A DNA stretch of 64,000 nucleotides from Candidatus Saccharimonadales bacterium (GTDB lineage: Bacteria; Patescibacteriota; Saccharimonadia; Saccharimonadales; JANWIN01). Made by a program: the position numbers and the translations under genes. The notes below the pieces were generated by a model, which was not told the origin of the DNA, did no database searches, and saw only the letters and a program-made list of their open reading frames with translations. Positions 30,736 to 41,914 of this stretch are shown one piece after another (position 1 is the first letter of the stretch; each line of letters starts with the position of its first letter). Where the stretch lies: contig JBBRLY010000013.1 in NCBI GenBank assembly GCA_038231155.1, positions 68,305-132,304 of the forward strand. The letters run 5' to 3'.

Positions 30736-33700
30736 GACGATACTCATCTGGAACCAACATTGCAGATTTTGAAGCTGTTCGATTAGCAGTCGCTAGCCCC
30801 GAAGATATACTAGACTGGTCGCATGGTGAAATTACTAAACCTGAGACCATTAACTACCGTACTCAAAAACCAGAGCGTGATGGATTATTTTGTGAGCGAA
30901 TATTTGGTCCAGTTAAGGATATAAATCCTCACGATGCCAAATTCAAAGGCGTCCGTTCACGAGAAGCAGCGGTAGATAAGAATGGTGAAATTGTGACTAA
31001 AAGTATTGTCAGGCGTGAACGCATGGGACACATTACTCTTGCTTCACCAGTAGCCCATATTTGGTTTTTACGCGGAACCCCATCAGCCATGGGATTGGTT
31101 CTTGGTATGACTGTTAAAAACTTAGAGCGAGTAGCATATTTTGCCAGTTACATTATTAAAAAAGTTGACAGCCAAAAACGCGATCAGTTGCTAGCTGATA
31201 AAGAAGCCGAGTTTAGTGCTGCTAAAGAGGCTATTCGTCTGCGTTATGAAAGTGAAGCTAAAGCTGAAAATGCCGATGTTAAGCAACTAGCTGAGGCTCA
31301 AACCAAAGAGTTAGAGAGCTTAACTGAAGAATTCGAGCAAACTCGTGATCAGCTAGTTAGTCTAGATAAGCAAAACCTAATCAATGAGACTGACTATCGA
31401 AACTTGCCTGAAGACTTACAAGCAATAATTGAAGTTGGTATGGGCGGCTCAGCCTTAAAAGCCCTTTTGGAAGAAGTAGACTTGAGCGATTTGATCAAGT
31501 CTCTTAGCCAAGAAGCCGACGAAGCAAAAGGCCAACGCAAGAAAAAAATCATGAAGCGACTTAGATTGCTGGAAAGTATGCACCGTGCCGGAATTAAACC
31601 AACCAGTCTTTGTGTGTCTGTATTGCCAGTGATTCCCCCAGATCTTCGGCCAATGGTTCAGCTAACTGGTGGAAGGTTCGCTACCAGCGACTTAAACGAT
31701 TTATATCGTCGGGTTATTAATCGTAATAATCGACTAAAGAAATTGATTGAACTTAACGCTCCAGAGGTTATTAGACGAAACGAACAACGTATGCTTCAAG
31801 AAGCTGTCGATGCCTTAATAGATAATAACAATGCTCGGTCAGGACGGGCTGTAGCAGCTACCGGTCAACGCCGCCGTCTAAAGTCACTCAGCGACATGCT
31901 CAAGGGTAAACAAGGTCGTTTCCGACAGAACTTACTCGGTAAACGAGTTGACTATTCTGGACGATCAGTCATTGTGTCCGGTCCAGAACTTAAAATTAAT
32001 CAATGTGGTTTGCCTAAAATGATGGCTCTAGAGTTATTTAAACCGTTTGTGATTGGTTACTTAATAACCAATGAGCATGCCCACAATATTAGAAGCGCTA
32101 CTCGGTTAATTGAGGCCGGTGAGATTGTAGTCTGGGATGCCCTAGACGAAGCTATTAAGGGAAAGTATGTACTACTTAACCGTGCTCCTTCCTTGCACCG
32201 ACTTAGTGTTCAAGCCTTCCAACCAGTATTAATTGAAGGTAAAGCTATTCAGCTACATCCTTTAGTGTGTAAAGGTTTTAACGCTGACTTTGATGGTGAC
32301 CAAATGGCTGTACATTTGCCTCTAAGCGACAAAGCTCAAGAAGAAGCTAGAGATATAATGGTTGCTAATAAAAACCTACTGAAGCCGGCAGATGGATCTC
32401 CGATTCTACATATTGAGCAAGACATCGTTTTAGGCAGTTATTTCTTAACTTACGAACGCCCTGGCATGAGCGATAAAATAGTTAACTTTACGTCTGTTGA
32501 TGAAATGCTGATGGCCCTAGATAGTGGAATACTGTTATTGCAAAGTCGTGTCAATGTACCATTCAGAGGTGAATTACGCGACACTACTGTCGGACGAGTC
32601 TTGTTCAATGAGATTTTTCCAGTTGACTTTGATTTTCAAAATATGGCCATGACTAAAAAGAAGCTACAGAACGTAATGGAGCAGATATACCAAAAGTATG
32701 GACAAACAGCTACAGCTATTATTGCCGATGACCTTAAGGACTTAGGCTTCAAATATGCTACTGAATCAGGACTTTCAATAGGTATGGATGACTTCAGTGA
32801 TGTTAAGGGATTAGAAGCAATTATCCAAGAGGGAGAAGTTAGAGCAGCTGAAATCAGCAATCAATTTGATCAGGGCTTTATAACCGATGAAGAACGCTAT
32901 CGTTTGACAGTTGAAGACTGGCAACAAATAGATACCAAAGTGCAGACTATTTTAGCCGAACAATTTGCTAAAGAAAACAGTGCCATGTCTATATCAGTGG
33001 TTTCAGGAGCTAGAGGTAATATCGGTCAGGTCAAAACGGCTGTAGGTATGTTTGGTATTACTACCGATGCTACAGGTAGAGCTATTGAGTTGCCTATTCG
33101 AAGCAACTATAAAAGTGGGTTGACATCGCTTGAATACTTTACGGCCACCCGTGGGGCTCGCAAAGGTATGATCGATACTGCTCTAAAGACTGCAGATTCG
33201 GGTTACTTAACCCGGCGCCTAGTAGATGTTAGCCAAGATGTCTTTACTGTTGACGAAGAGCAGGATGATAAAGGTTTTGCAATTTACCGCAGTGATTCAG
33301 AAGATATCGGTGTTAATTACGCGGTCCGTTTAGAAGGTCGCTTTGCAGCAGAAAAAATTGGCCTACATGTTAAAAAAGGACATCTTATTAAGCATGAAAC
33401 AGCTGTCGCTATCGATAACGATAAGTCAATTGATGGCGTTCGTATAATGAGTGTACTCAGTAGTAATAACGTTAGAGGTGTTGGTCGTAAATCGTATGGG
33501 CTAGATCCGGCAACTGGCGAATTAGTGGTATCTCATCATCCAGTCGGTGTAATTGCCGCCCAAAGTATTGGTGAACCTGGTACTCAGTTAACCCTTAGAA
33601 CCTTTCACTCTGGTGGAGTGGCCGGTGAAGATATTACCACTGGTCTACCCCGAGTTGAAGAGTTGTTTGAAGTGCGTACGCCTAAAGGTCAGGCTTATTT

Positions 33701-34553
33701 AGCAGACATTGATGGACGTATAAATTCCTGGGAAGAAGGTGACCATTATGTACTTCAAATTACCGCCAAAGACAGTAAAAAAGTAGAGTTGCCACTTGAA
33801 GGTCGAAAACCTCAAGTTGCTAAGGGTTCGCATGTTGCAGCCGGAGATGTTTTAGCCGCTAAAGCCAAGGATGCCCAACCCTTAATTTCTCCAATGGCTG
33901 GAAAAGTAGAAATTAAAGCAAAGACTATTGTGGTAATCCCCGATACTGAGAATTCAGTACGCTACGAAATACCTGGCTATCGACAATTGGTGGTTAAAGA
34001 TGGCGATGAAGTAATTGCCGGTCAAAGACTGACTAATGGTTCTATAAATCTACACGAGCTAATGAGATTACAGGGAATTGAAGCGACTCAACGCTACATT
34101 ATGAATGAAATTCTTAAAATCTTTGCCAGCCAGGGACAAAACATTGCTGATAAACATTTGGAAATTATTATACGTCAGATGTTTAGTCGGGTGCAGATTG
34201 AAGATTCCGGCGACAGTGAATTCGTAACCGGTGATATTGTAAGTAAACTTGCAGTTGTTGAACAAAATGAAAGATTAGTTAAAGAACGTAAGCATCCAGC
34301 TCAATACAATCAGTTATTATTGGGTATCACTAAAGCCTCGTTATCGACAGATTCATTCCTAAGTGCTGCCAGCTTCCAGGATACTACACGAGTCTTAATT
34401 GCTGCCGCCACCAGTGGTAAAATGGATCAACTGTATGGACTGAAAGAAAATGTCATTTTGGGTCGTCGTATACCCGTCGGTACTGGTTATATGAGTGATG
34501 AAGAAATTGAAGCAGAAGCTGCTGAACCGGCCGCTGTTGCACCAGAAGGGTAA
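30732..34553 (+). CDS. rpoC: DNA-directed RNA polymerase beta' subunit
   Basis: [12 protein letters not shown] catalytic motif. ATGA overlap with rpoB. Confidence 0.95.
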   Translation: MRRYSSGTNIADFEAVRLAVASPEDILDWSHGEITKPETINYRTQKPERDGLFCERIFGPVKDINPHDAKFKGVRSREAAVDKNGEIVTKSIVRRERMGHITLASPVAHIWFLRGTPSAMGLVLGMTVKNLERVAYFASYIIKKVDSQKRDQLLADKEAEFSAAKEAIRLRYESEAKAENADVKQLAEAQTKELESLTEEFEQTRDQLVSLDKQNLINETDYRNLPEDLQAIIEVGMGGSALKALLEEVDLSDLIKSLSQEADEAKGQRKKKIMKRLRLLESMHRAGIKPTSLCVSVLPVIPPDLRPMVQLTGGRFATSDLNDLYRRVINRNNRLKKLIELNAPEVIRRNEQRMLQEAVDALIDNNNARSGRAVAATGQRRRLKSLSDMLKGKQGRFRQNLLGKRVDYSGRSVIVSGPELKINQCGLPKMMALELFKPFVIGYLITNEHAHNIRSATRLIEAGEIVVWDALDEAIKGKYVLLNRAPSLHRLSVQAFQPVLIEGKAIQLHPLVCKGFNADFDGDQMAVHLPLSDKAQEEARDIMVANKNLLKPADGSPILHIEQDIVLGSYFLTYERPGMSDKIVNFTSVDEMLMALDSGILLLQSRVNVPFRGELRDTTVGRVLFNEIFPVDFDFQNMAMTKKKLQNVMEQIYQKYGQTATAIIADDLKDLGFKYATESGLSIGMDDFSDVKGLEAIIQEGEVRAAEISNQFDQGFITDEERYRLTVEDWQQIDTKVQTILAEQFAKENSAMSISVVSGARGNIGQVKTAVGMFGITTDATGRAIELPIRSNYKSGLTSLEYFTATRGARKGMIDTALKTADSGYLTRRLVDVSQDVFTVDEEQDDKGFAIYRSDSEDIGVNYAVRLEGRFAAEKIGLHVKKGHLIKHETAVAIDNDKSIDGVRIMSVLSSNNVRGVGRKSYGLDPATGELVVSHHPVGVIAAQSIGEPGTQLTLRTFHSGGVAGEDITTGLPRVEELFEVRTPKGQAYLADIDGRINSWEEGDHYVLQITAKDSKKVELPLEGRKPQVAKGSHVAAGDVLAAKAKDAQPLISPMAGKVEIKAKTIVVIPDTENSVRYEIPGYRQLVVKDGDEVIAGQRLTNGSINLHELMRLQGIEATQRYIMNEILKIFASQGQNIADKHLEIIIRQMFSRVQIEDSGDSEFVTGDIVSKLAVVEQNERLVKERKHPAQYNQLLLGITKASLSTDSFLSAASFQDTTRVLIAAATSGKMDQLYGLKENVILGRRIPVGTGYMSDEEIEAEAAEPAAVAPEG

Positions 34554-34573
34554 ATCTGTTAAGGTAGTCCGAT

Positions 34574-34984
34574 ATGCCAACTATTAATCAATTAGTTAGA
34601 AAACCACGTACCAAAGTCACTAAAAAACCGGGTTCACCGGCACTTGACCGAGTGGTTAATAATCTAAAGACCCGTAACTATGACAAACCCTCTCCATTTA
34701 AGCGTGGCGTGTGCGTTAAAGTTACCACTAAAACACCGAAAAAACCAAACTCCGCACTTCGAAAAGTAGCTAGAGTACGCCTAACTAATGGCCATGAAGT
34801 CTGGGCCTATATTGGTGGTGAAGGTCACAACTTACAGGAACACGCCGTTGTATTAATTCGGGGTGGCCGGGTTAAAGATTTACCTGGCGTACGTTATCAT
34901 ATTGTGCGCGGTACACTTGATCTTCAAGGTGTATCTGGCCGCAAGCAGGGTCGCAGTAAGTACGGTGCCAAAAAAGGTAAATAA
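34574..34984 (+). CDS. rpsL: ribosomal protein uS12
   Basis: MPTINQL...[18 protein letters not shown]. Confidence 0.95.
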   Translation: MPTINQLVRKPRTKVTKKPGSPALDRVVNNLKTRNYDKPSPFKRGVCVKVTTKTPKKPNSALRKVARVRLTNGHEVWAYIGGEGHNLQEHAVVLIRGGRVKDLPGVRYHIVRGTLDLQGVSGRKQGRSKYGAKKGK

Positions 34985-34986
34985 CA

Positions 34987-35466
34987 ATGCCTAGACATAA
35001 GACAAAATCATTAGTGCGACATATCGAGCCGGATCGTTTATATAACAGCGTGCAAGTTCAGCGCTTAATTAACCGAGTAATGCTAAACGGCAAAAAACAA
35101 CTATCAGAACGACTTGTTTACGGTGGCATGCAAAAAGCTGCAGACAAACTAAAAGTTAAAAACCCTTTAGAAGTTTTTGACCAGGCTTTAAAGAATATTC
35201 AACCTCATATGGAGACTCGTAGTCGCCGGGTTGGCGGAGCTAATTATCAGATTCCATTTGAAGTTAAGGGCCAACGACAAACTCACTTGACTACAATGTG
35301 GTTTGTCCAAGCAGCCCGTGGTCGTAGCGGTATAAGTATGGAAGACCGTATTGCTGCTGAGTTAGTTGATGCTTACAACAACACCGGTTCCGCTGTAAGA
35401 AAGCGTGAGGACACTCACAAAATGGCTGAAGCTAACCGCGCCTTTGCTCACTTCGCGAGATTTTAA
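34987..35466 (+). CDS. rpsG: ribosomal protein uS7
   Basis: uS7 pattern (…RVGGANYQIP…) and position after rpsL. Confidence 0.95.
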   Translation: MPRHKTKSLVRHIEPDRLYNSVQVQRLINRVMLNGKKQLSERLVYGGMQKAADKLKVKNPLEVFDQALKNIQPHMETRSRRVGGANYQIPFEVKGQRQTHLTTMWFVQAARGRSGISMEDRIAAELVDAYNNTGSAVRKREDTHKMAEANRAFAHFARF

Positions 35467-35467
35467 G

Positions 35468-35665
35468 ATGAGTGTTTTAAAAAACTTAGCTCGTATTGCT
35501 GGTGATAACGCAGTTGAGATAGGTGAAACATTTGAAGTAGATGGTCTGGCGATGCAAATTGAGTATAATATTCCTAAAGAAGTCTATCAGCCTAATTTAC
35601 CCGAAATAGTCGGCCGACAGTTGCAAAGCATAGGACGAAAATTAATAGAATTCTCAAGTCAGTGA
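35468..35665 (+). CDS. orphan 65-aa ORF between rpsG and fusA
   Basis: The ATG is 1 nt after the rpsG stop. MSVLKNLARIAGDNAVEIGETFEVDG... No SD and no recognisable family, so coding status is uncertain. Confidence 0.35.
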   Translation: MSVLKNLARIAGDNAVEIGETFEVDGLAMQIEYNIPKEVYQPNLPEIVGRQLQSIGRKLIEFSSQ

Positions 35666-35717
35666 AGATCAAGCTATCCTCAAATATACTAATTAACAAG
35701 TTATTGGAAGACTTTAA

Positions 35718-37805
35718 ATGGCAGATAAAAAATACCCTCTAGAAAAATTTAGGAATATTGGCATTATTGCTCATATTGATGCCGGTAAGACCACTACCAC
35801 TGAGGGTATCTTATACCGAACCGGTCTTAAACATAAAATCGGTGCGGTTCACGAAGGAGAGACAACTACGGATTGGATGGCCCAAGAAAAAGAGCGCGGC
35901 ATAACCATTACTAGCGCTGCAGTAACATGTTTCTGGAAAGACCACAAAATCAATATTATTGATACACCTGGACATATTGATTTTACAGTTGAGGTAGAAC
36001 GATCACTTAGAGTTTTGGATGGAGCTGTAACAGTATTCGACGGAAAGATGGGTGTTGAGTCTCAATCTGAAACCGTTTGGCGTCAAGCAGATAAGTATAA
36101 AGTTCCGCGCATTTGTTTTATTAACAAAATCAATCAAACTGGTGGTGACTTTTATAAATCATTAGAAAGTATACATAACCGTCTAAGTAAACGGGCCTTT
36201 CCGATTCAGCTTCCAATAGGATTTGAGCAGTCTGTTAATGGAGTTGTTGACCTCATAAACATGAAAGCCTATACCTATAAAGAATTTACAGACCATGAAT
36301 TAATAGAAACTGAGATTCCTGCCGATATGATCGAACAAGTTAAGAAATACCGCAGCTTACTAGTAGAAAATGCTGTAGCTGAAGATGAAAAAATGCTTGA
36401 GAAATATTTTGAGGTTGGTGAAGATGGCTTATCTGAAGCCGATATTAGACAAGCTATTCGGACCGCCGTACTAACTGGTAAATTCTTTGCCGTTACTGGG
36501 GGTGATGGTAGAGGAGTAATTGTTGAAAAGTTACTTGATGCCGTTAACGACTTTTTGCCAAGTCCATTAGATCGAGGTTCAACTTGGGGGATAAATCCTA
36601 AATCAGGTGAAGAAGTTGAGCGCAAACCATCTGACAATGAACCATTTGCAGCCCTAGCTTTCAAAATTGCCACAGACCCATTTGTCGGAAAGTTAGCTTT
36701 CTTTAGAGTTTATTCCGGTAAAGTTACAGCTGGATCATATGTTCTAAATAGTTCTACGGGCGAAAAAGAACGCGTCGGGCGAATCGTCCGACTTCAAGCC
36801 GATAAACGCGAGGATGTAACAGATGTTAGCGCTGGTGATATAGCGGCAGTTGTTGGACTCAAGGGCACTACAACCGGACATACTTTAAGTGATACGACTC
36901 ATCCGATTGTGCTTGAAAGTATAACTTTTCCAGAACCGCCTGTATCAATTGCCATAGAACCTAAAACTAAAGCTGACCAAGAAAAAATGAGCCTGGCACT
37001 GCAACGTCTTGCAGAAGAAGACCCAACTTTCAGAATCAGGGTTGATGAAGAAACTGGCCAGACCATCATCAGCGGCATGGGAGAATTACATCTAGAGATT
37101 ATTGTCGATCGTATGAAACGCGAGTTTACAGTCGATGCTAATATTGGCCAACCTCAGGTTGCATACCGTGAAACCATTCGCCGTGATGGCACAGAAGCCG
37201 AAGGTAAATTTATCCGTCAAAGCGGTGGAAGAGGACAATATGGTCATGTCTGGTTACGTCTTGAACAGAATGAGGCTGGCAAAGGATTTGAATTCGTTAA
37301 TGCTATAAAGGGTGGTTCAATTCCAAGTGAATATATCCCGGCGGTAAGAGGTGGAATTGCAGAAGCTATGGCAAATGGAGTAATTGCTGGTTACCCTGTC
37401 GTTGATCTCAAAGTAACTTTGTATGACGGCAGCTATCACGATGTAGACAGTAGCGAAATGGCCTTCAAAATTGCTGGATCTATGGCCCTGCAAGACGGAG
37501 TTAAAAAATCAAGCCCCGTACTACTGGAACCAATTATGAAGTTGGTAGCCGTCACACCTGAAGAGTTTATGGGCGATGTCATTGGGGGCCTCAACTCAAA
37601 GCGTGGTCGCATTGAAAGTATGGAAGACTTGTCTGCTGGTATTAAAGAGATTACAGCACTTGTACCACTTGGCGAAATGTTTGGCTATACAACTGACCTG
37701 CGCAGTATGACCAAAGGACGGGCTAGTTCAAGCATGGAGCTCGACCATTACCAAGATGTACCCAATAGTGTTGCTGAGGCGATTATCGCTAAAAACACTA
37801 AATAA
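35718..37805 (+). CDS. fusA: elongation factor G
   Basis: [20 protein letters not shown] and all five EF-G domains by length and pattern. Confidence 0.95.
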   Translation: MADKKYPLEKFRNIGIIAHIDAGKTTTTEGILYRTGLKHKIGAVHEGETTTDWMAQEKERGITITSAAVTCFWKDHKINIIDTPGHIDFTVEVERSLRVLDGAVTVFDGKMGVESQSETVWRQADKYKVPRICFINKINQTGGDFYKSLESIHNRLSKRAFPIQLPIGFEQSVNGVVDLINMKAYTYKEFTDHELIETEIPADMIEQVKKYRSLLVENAVAEDEKMLEKYFEVGEDGLSEADIRQAIRTAVLTGKFFAVTGGDGRGVIVEKLLDAVNDFLPSPLDRGSTWGINPKSGEEVERKPSDNEPFAALAFKIATDPFVGKLAFFRVYSGKVTAGSYVLNSSTGEKERVGRIVRLQADKREDVTDVSAGDIAAVVGLKGTTTGHTLSDTTHPIVLESITFPEPPVSIAIEPKTKADQEKMSLALQRLAEEDPTFRIRVDEETGQTIISGMGELHLEIIVDRMKREFTVDANIGQPQVAYRETIRRDGTEAEGKFIRQSGGRGQYGHVWLRLEQNEAGKGFEFVNAIKGGSIPSEYIPAVRGGIAEAMANGVIAGYPVVDLKVTLYDGSYHDVDSSEMAFKIAGSMALQDGVKKSSPVLLEPIMKLVAVTPEEFMGDVIGGLNSKRGRIESMEDLSAGIKEITALVPLGEMFGYTTDLRSMTKGRASSSMELDHYQDVPNSVAEAIIAKNTK

Positions 37806-37922
37806 CTCTTTACAATATGCTTAAAATCAGATAAGATTGATCGGTAACTCGTGTTGGGTAGTGGTTTATATTGCTATACTCATGCGACAACTTAATTAAT
37901 AACCGTTTACTAGGAGAAAATA

Positions 37923-39104
37923 ATGGCAGATTTTGACCGAAGCAAGCCACACATTAACGTAGGAACCATGGGTCATGTGGACCATGGTAAAACTACCTTG
38001 ACCGCAGCTATTACGGCTGTGCTAGCTAAAAAATTACCAAGCGAAATTAATAAGCCTGTTAAATACGACGAAATTGATAATGCTCCGGAGGAAAAAGCCC
38101 GAGGAATTACAATTGCTACCTCACACCAGGAATATGAAAGTGAAAAGCGTCACTATGCACACGTCGATATGCCTGGACACGCTGATTATGTTAAGAACAT
38201 GATTACTGGTGCCGCTCAAATTGACGGTGCTGTTTTGGTAGTTAGTGCGGCCGACGGCCCAATGCCTCAAACGCGCGAACACGTCCTACTTGCAAAGCAA
38301 GTTGGTGTACCTAGTATTTTGGTCTTCATGAATAAAATGGATCTGGCTGACCCCGAACTTGTTGAACTAGTGGAAATGGATATTCGTGAGTTACTTAAAA
38401 AATACGATTTTGACGAAAATGCGCCAATTGTCAAAGGTAGTGCTACAAAAGCTTTGGAAGGCAATAAAGAAGACGAAGATGCCGTTATGGAACTTGTCAA
38501 TAAGATGGATGAGTATATTCCTGAACCTAAGCGTGATCTAGATAAGCCATTCCTGATGCCAATTGAAGATGTTTTTAGCATTAAAGGCCGCGGTACTGTA
38601 GCTACCGGTCGTGTGGAAACCGGCATTGTTAAAGTTAATGAAGAAGTTGAAATTGTTGGTATTCGCCCAACTAAAAAGAGCGTTGTAACAGGCGTTGAGA
38701 TGTTCAAAAAGAATCTCGATCAAGGCCAAGCTGGTGATAACGTCGGAGTTCTACTCCGCGGTATTGAGCGCGAAGATATCGAGCGTGGTCAGGTGCTAGC
38801 AAAACCTGGCACTATTACGCCGCACACTGAATTTGACAGCGAAGTCTACATTCTGACAAAGGAAGAAGGTGGACGTCACACTCCATTTTTCAAGGGTTAT
38901 AAACCGCAGTTTTACTTCCGTACTACTGACGTTACCGGTGAAGTTGAGCTACCTGCAGACAAAGAAATGGTTATGCCGGGTGACACTATCACCTTTAAGG
39001 TAAAACTACTTCAACCAATAGCTATGGAGCAAGGTCTTCGCTTTGCTATCCGTGAAGGTGGCCGCACTGTTGGTGCTGGGGTGGTAACAAAGATTGTAAA
39101 GTAG
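37923..39104 (+). CDS. tuf: elongation factor Tu
   Basis: [32 protein letters not shown] lies upstream. Confidence 0.95.
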   Translation: MADFDRSKPHINVGTMGHVDHGKTTLTAAITAVLAKKLPSEINKPVKYDEIDNAPEEKARGITIATSHQEYESEKRHYAHVDMPGHADYVKNMITGAAQIDGAVLVVSAADGPMPQTREHVLLAKQVGVPSILVFMNKMDLADPELVELVEMDIRELLKKYDFDENAPIVKGSATKALEGNKEDEDAVMELVNKMDEYIPEPKRDLDKPFLMPIEDVFSIKGRGTVATGRVETGIVKVNEEVEIVGIRPTKKSVVTGVEMFKKNLDQGQAGDNVGVLLRGIEREDIERGQVLAKPGTITPHTEFDSEVYILTKEEGGRHTPFFKGYKPQFYFRTTDVTGEVELPADKEMVMPGDTITFKVKLLQPIAMEQGLRFAIREGGRTVGAGVVTKIVK

Positions 39105-39112
39105 TTATATAA

Positions 39113-39430
39113 ATGGCTGAAGTAATTTACCATCATGGTGTACGGCCAGATAAAAAACTTAATATGATTGAACTTTGTATTGGTATTCAAAACAGAAAGC
39201 TAGATGGTCATATATTTACGGATGAAAATGGAGAAGTATTCCACGTTGTAGAAACACTAATGGACAACGAACTTCAATCTGACGATTTAACTTTGTTGGA
39301 AACTGCTGCAAGTGAATCTGGTGTTGAAAGCCCAGTTTATTCAGGGAAAATTGGAATCGGAAAAGCTTCAGATATTGTTAATCAGTTCGTTTTGGAACAT
39401 TGTCAAGGAGCAACTGATGGCCGAAGCTAA
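39113..39430 (+). CDS. orphan 105-aa acidic ORF between tuf and rpsJ
   Basis: Starts 8 nt after the tuf stop. Its 3' end overlaps the rpsJ start by 14 nt. No recognisable family and no SD. Confidence 0.4.
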   Translation: MAEVIYHHGVRPDKKLNMIELCIGIQNRKLDGHIFTDENGEVFHVVETLMDNELQSDDLTLLETAASESGVESPVYSGKIGIGKASDIVNQFVLEHCQGATDGRS

Positions 39431-39788
39431 AAAATCTGAACCTAAAAAAAGTACACAAGCAAAGGAAAAACCTACCGCCAGTACCGGTCAACGAATTCGA
39501 ATTCGCTTAAAAGCATATGACCACAAAGTAATTGATCAATCTGCTAAGCAAATTGTTGACACTGCTCTGCGAACCGGTGCTACTATTGCCGGTCCAATTC
39601 CACTACCCACAAAACGCACAACTTTTACGGTAATTAAAAGCCCGCATGTTTTTAAAAAAGGTCGAGAACAATTTGAAATGCGCGTTCATAAACGCCTAAT
39701 TGATGTACTAGAACCAACTCCAAAAACTATCGACTCACTCATGAATTTGTCGCTACCAGCCGGCTGCGATGCTGAAATAAAGATGTAG
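39417..39788 (+). CDS. rpsJ: ribosomal protein uS10 with ~20-aa Lys-rich N-terminal extension
   Basis: [23 protein letters not shown] core. SD AAGGAG at 39405-39410, 6 nt before ATG 39417. The upstream part of the track ORF (from 39312) is rejected. Confidence 0.9.
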   Translation: MAEAKKSEPKKSTQAKEKPTASTGQRIRIRLKAYDHKVIDQSAKQIVDTALRTGATIAGPIPLPTKRTTFTVIKSPHVFKKGREQFEMRVHKRLIDVLEPTPKTIDSLMNLSLPAGCDAEIKM

Positions 39789-39841
39789 ATGAAACTAATT
39801 TGTAAATAGTTAGTAGTTCGAATCTGTGATTTAATGTGCTT

Positions 39842-40111
39842 ATGACAAAAACCAAAAAACGTCAGGTGACTGAACTTGATCGAGTTTATCTTTTGAAAAT
39901 AGTTATTTATCTAATTTTAGGTTCATTTTGGATTAAAATCTCTAGTCAAACGACAAATTGGCAAGTACCAATTCCAGTGGGATTTATAGCTGGAATAGTC
40001 CTTGCAAGTCGCGATAAATTTCAAATAGACCGTAAACTAGAATACGCTATATTACTGATGGCGATGTTTATTGGGTTCTGGTTACCGATTGGTATAAAGA
40101 TTAGCTTCTAA
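39842..40111 (+). CDS. orphan ~89-aa 3-TM membrane protein between rpsJ and rplC
   Basis: Hydrophobic segments VYLLKIVIYLILGSFWI, IPVGFIAGIVLA, AILLMAMFIGFWLPIGI. TGATTTAAT (39827-39835) lies 6 nt before the ATG. A GTG at 39836 is an alternative start. Confidence 0.5.
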   Translation: MTKTKKRQVTELDRVYLLKIVIYLILGSFWIKISSQTTNWQVPIPVGFIAGIVLASRDKFQIDRKLEYAILLMAMFIGFWLPIGIKISF

Positions 40112-40138
40112 AGTATATGTAGTAGAATTCTCAACACA

Positions 40139-40181
40139 TTGACAGATGTATCATTAGTCTGCTAATCTGTATTGGTATATT
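40139..40181 (+). promoter_or_regulatory. candidate promoter(s) for the rplC-led remainder of the S10 operon
   Basis: TTGACA at 40139-40144 with TAATCT at 40163-40168 (N18). There is also an extended -10, TGGTATATT, at 40173-40181. Confidence 0.4.
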
Positions 40182-40199
40182 AAATTCGGGACACATATT

Positions 40200-40253
40200 C
40201 TTGGTGAACCAGCAGGCCTCAAACCTGGGAACCGTTGGTCACCAAGCATTTTT
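40200..40253 (+). terminator. long imperfect hairpin plus U-run in the rplC leader (terminator or attenuator)
   Basis: CTTGGTGA (40200-40207) pairs with TCACCAAG (40239-40246). An inner CAGG/CCTG helix is present, followed by CATTTTTAT. It lies 38 nt upstream of GTG 40291. Confidence 0.5.
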
Positions 40254-40290
40254 ATAGCAGTCTCAAATGATACATAAGAGGTAAATATTA

Positions 40291-40899
40291 GTGAAAGCAT
40301 TAGTTGCTAAGAAAGTTGGTATGACCAGCGCCATTGCAGAAGATGGGGCAGTGAGTGCAGTTACCTTACTTTTGGTAGAACCAAATATTATAACTCAAGT
40401 TAAAAATGATGAAATTGATGGTTATACCGCTGTTCAAATAGGTACCGGAAATGCAAAACTAGGCAAGCAACTAACCGGACATTTTAAGTCTTCAAAGGCT
40501 ACACCTAAGATTATCCACGAATTTCGGATAGACGAAATAACAGAAGACCTCAAAGTTGGAGAAAAATTCGACACCGAGGTCTTTTCAATTGGCGATGCCG
40601 TAAAAGTTACCGGTATAAGCAAAGGTAAAGGTTTTGCTGGTACGATTAAACGGCATAATTTTCACCGCGGTCGTAAAACACACGGTGGACGTAGCTACCG
40701 TCGACCTGGTTCAATTGGCAGCATGTATCCGCAAAAAATTTTTAAAGGTAAAAAAATGTCAGGCCAAATGGGACATAAACAAATTACAACTCTAAATTTA
40801 AAAGTCGCATTAATAGATACTGACAATAAAATTATTGGAATTAGTGGTTCTGTCCCTGGCCCGCGCAAAGGGACAGTTTTTATTAGAGGTAGTGAGTAA
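40291..40899 (+). CDS. rplC: ribosomal protein uL3
   Basis: KGKGFAGTIKRHNFHRG. GTG start preceded by AAGAGG. Confidence 0.95.
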   Translation: MKALVAKKVGMTSAIAEDGAVSAVTLLLVEPNIITQVKNDEIDGYTAVQIGTGNAKLGKQLTGHFKSSKATPKIIHEFRIDEITEDLKVGEKFDTEVFSIGDAVKVTGISKGKGFAGTIKRHNFHRGRKTHGGRSYRRPGSIGSMYPQKIFKGKKMSGQMGHKQITTLNLKVALIDTDNKIIGISGSVPGPRKGTVFIRGSE

Positions 40900-41543
40900 T
40901 GGCTATTTTGACTTATACCAAGACCGGCAATAAAGCTACAACTGCTGCTAAGCTCAACAAATCAGTTTTTGGGCTGGAAGTTAAGAGCCATGATTTATTA
41001 AAACAAGCCTATTTAACTTTATTGGGAAATAGCCGAGTCAATCTAGCGGTTACTAAAAAGCGTGGTGAAGTAAGGGGTGGCGGACGCAAGCCTTGGCGCC
41101 AGAAAGGCACTGGTCGCGCCCGATTTGGCTCTAGCCGTAACCCAATATGGCGCGGCGGCGGAATTGCGTTTGGTCCGACTGGCCAGGAAACTTATAGTCG
41201 TAAATTAAATACAAAGGCGAACCGTCAAGCTATTCGTCAAGCCTTATCACTTTCTGCAGATAGTGGCAAGATTAAAGTCATCGAGACATTTGAATGTAAA
41301 GACGGCAAAGTTGGCCCGACTCTTAAACTAATCAAAAAAATGGATATAGTCGGTAACATTCTTATAGTTGTAAGCCAAAAAGACCAGTTAGTTAAACGAG
41401 CTACCGATAATATTCCAGATATTAAGGCCGTTCAAGTTAACTTTTTAAATGTTTTTGAAATCCTCAATGCCGACCATATAGTAATTAGCCAAAAATCTCT
41501 TGACGTTATAAACAATTGGCTCGGTCAAAAGGAGCAAAAATAA
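40899..41543 (+). CDS. rplD: ribosomal protein uL4
   Basis: GGGRKPWRQKGTGRAR. Confidence 0.95.
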   Translation: MAILTYTKTGNKATTAAKLNKSVFGLEVKSHDLLKQAYLTLLGNSRVNLAVTKKRGEVRGGGRKPWRQKGTGRARFGSSRNPIWRGGGIAFGPTGQETYSRKLNTKANRQAIRQALSLSADSGKIKVIETFECKDGKVGPTLKLIKKMDIVGNILIVVSQKDQLVKRATDNIPDIKAVQVNFLNVFEILNADHIVISQKSLDVINNWLGQKEQK

Positions 41544-41914
41544 TGGCTAGGCTAATTTTTCTTAAACCGCGTCTTAGTGAAAAATCGTATGGTCTAAGCC
41601 AACAGACGAATACTTACGTGTTTGACGTACCTAAAAATACCAATCGGCTTTCAGTAGCTTTAGCCATACAAGATCAATACCAAGTCACCGTTGAAAAAGT
41701 AAACATTGCTAATATTAACGGTAAGCGCAAACGAACCTTTATAAGTCGTCGTGGCAAATTCGTGCGTGGTACTCGCTCAGATGTTAAAAAAGCTTACATA
41801 ACTCTTAAAGAAGGTGATAAATTACCAGTTTTTGCTGCTGAAGAAGAGGCTGAAGCTAAGGAAGTCAAAGCCGTAGAAAAAGCTGCTAAAAAAGCTGCCA
41901 AGGAGACCAAGTAG
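41543..41914 (+). CDS. rplW: ribosomal protein uL23 with AEK-rich C-terminal tail
   Basis: Start at ATG 41543 overlapping the rplD TAA. uL23 core, then AAEEEAEAKEVKAVEKAAKKAAKETK. Confidence 0.9.
   Translation: MARLIFLKPRLSEKSYGLSQQTNTYVFDVPKNTNRLSVALAIQDQYQVTVEKVNIANINGKRKRTFISRRGKFVRGTRSDVKKAYITLKEGDKLPVFAAEEEAEAKEVKAVEKAAKKAAKETK

Noticed and set aside
38267-38707. Numerous 60-150-aa ORFs in the track lying antisense to, or out of frame within, well-supported genes. Examples: 713-1054, 1293-1520, 3880-4233, 8090-8410, 29154-29465, 36275-36673, 38267-38707, 43043-43246, 47640-47870, 50989-51189, 54622-54993, 55160-55579, 55610-56023, 60407-60661, 61033-61272.
   Set aside because: They overlap strongly conserved CDSs, have skewed Ser/Leu/Arg-rich or low-complexity composition, and lack start context. 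They are treated as shadow ORFs.
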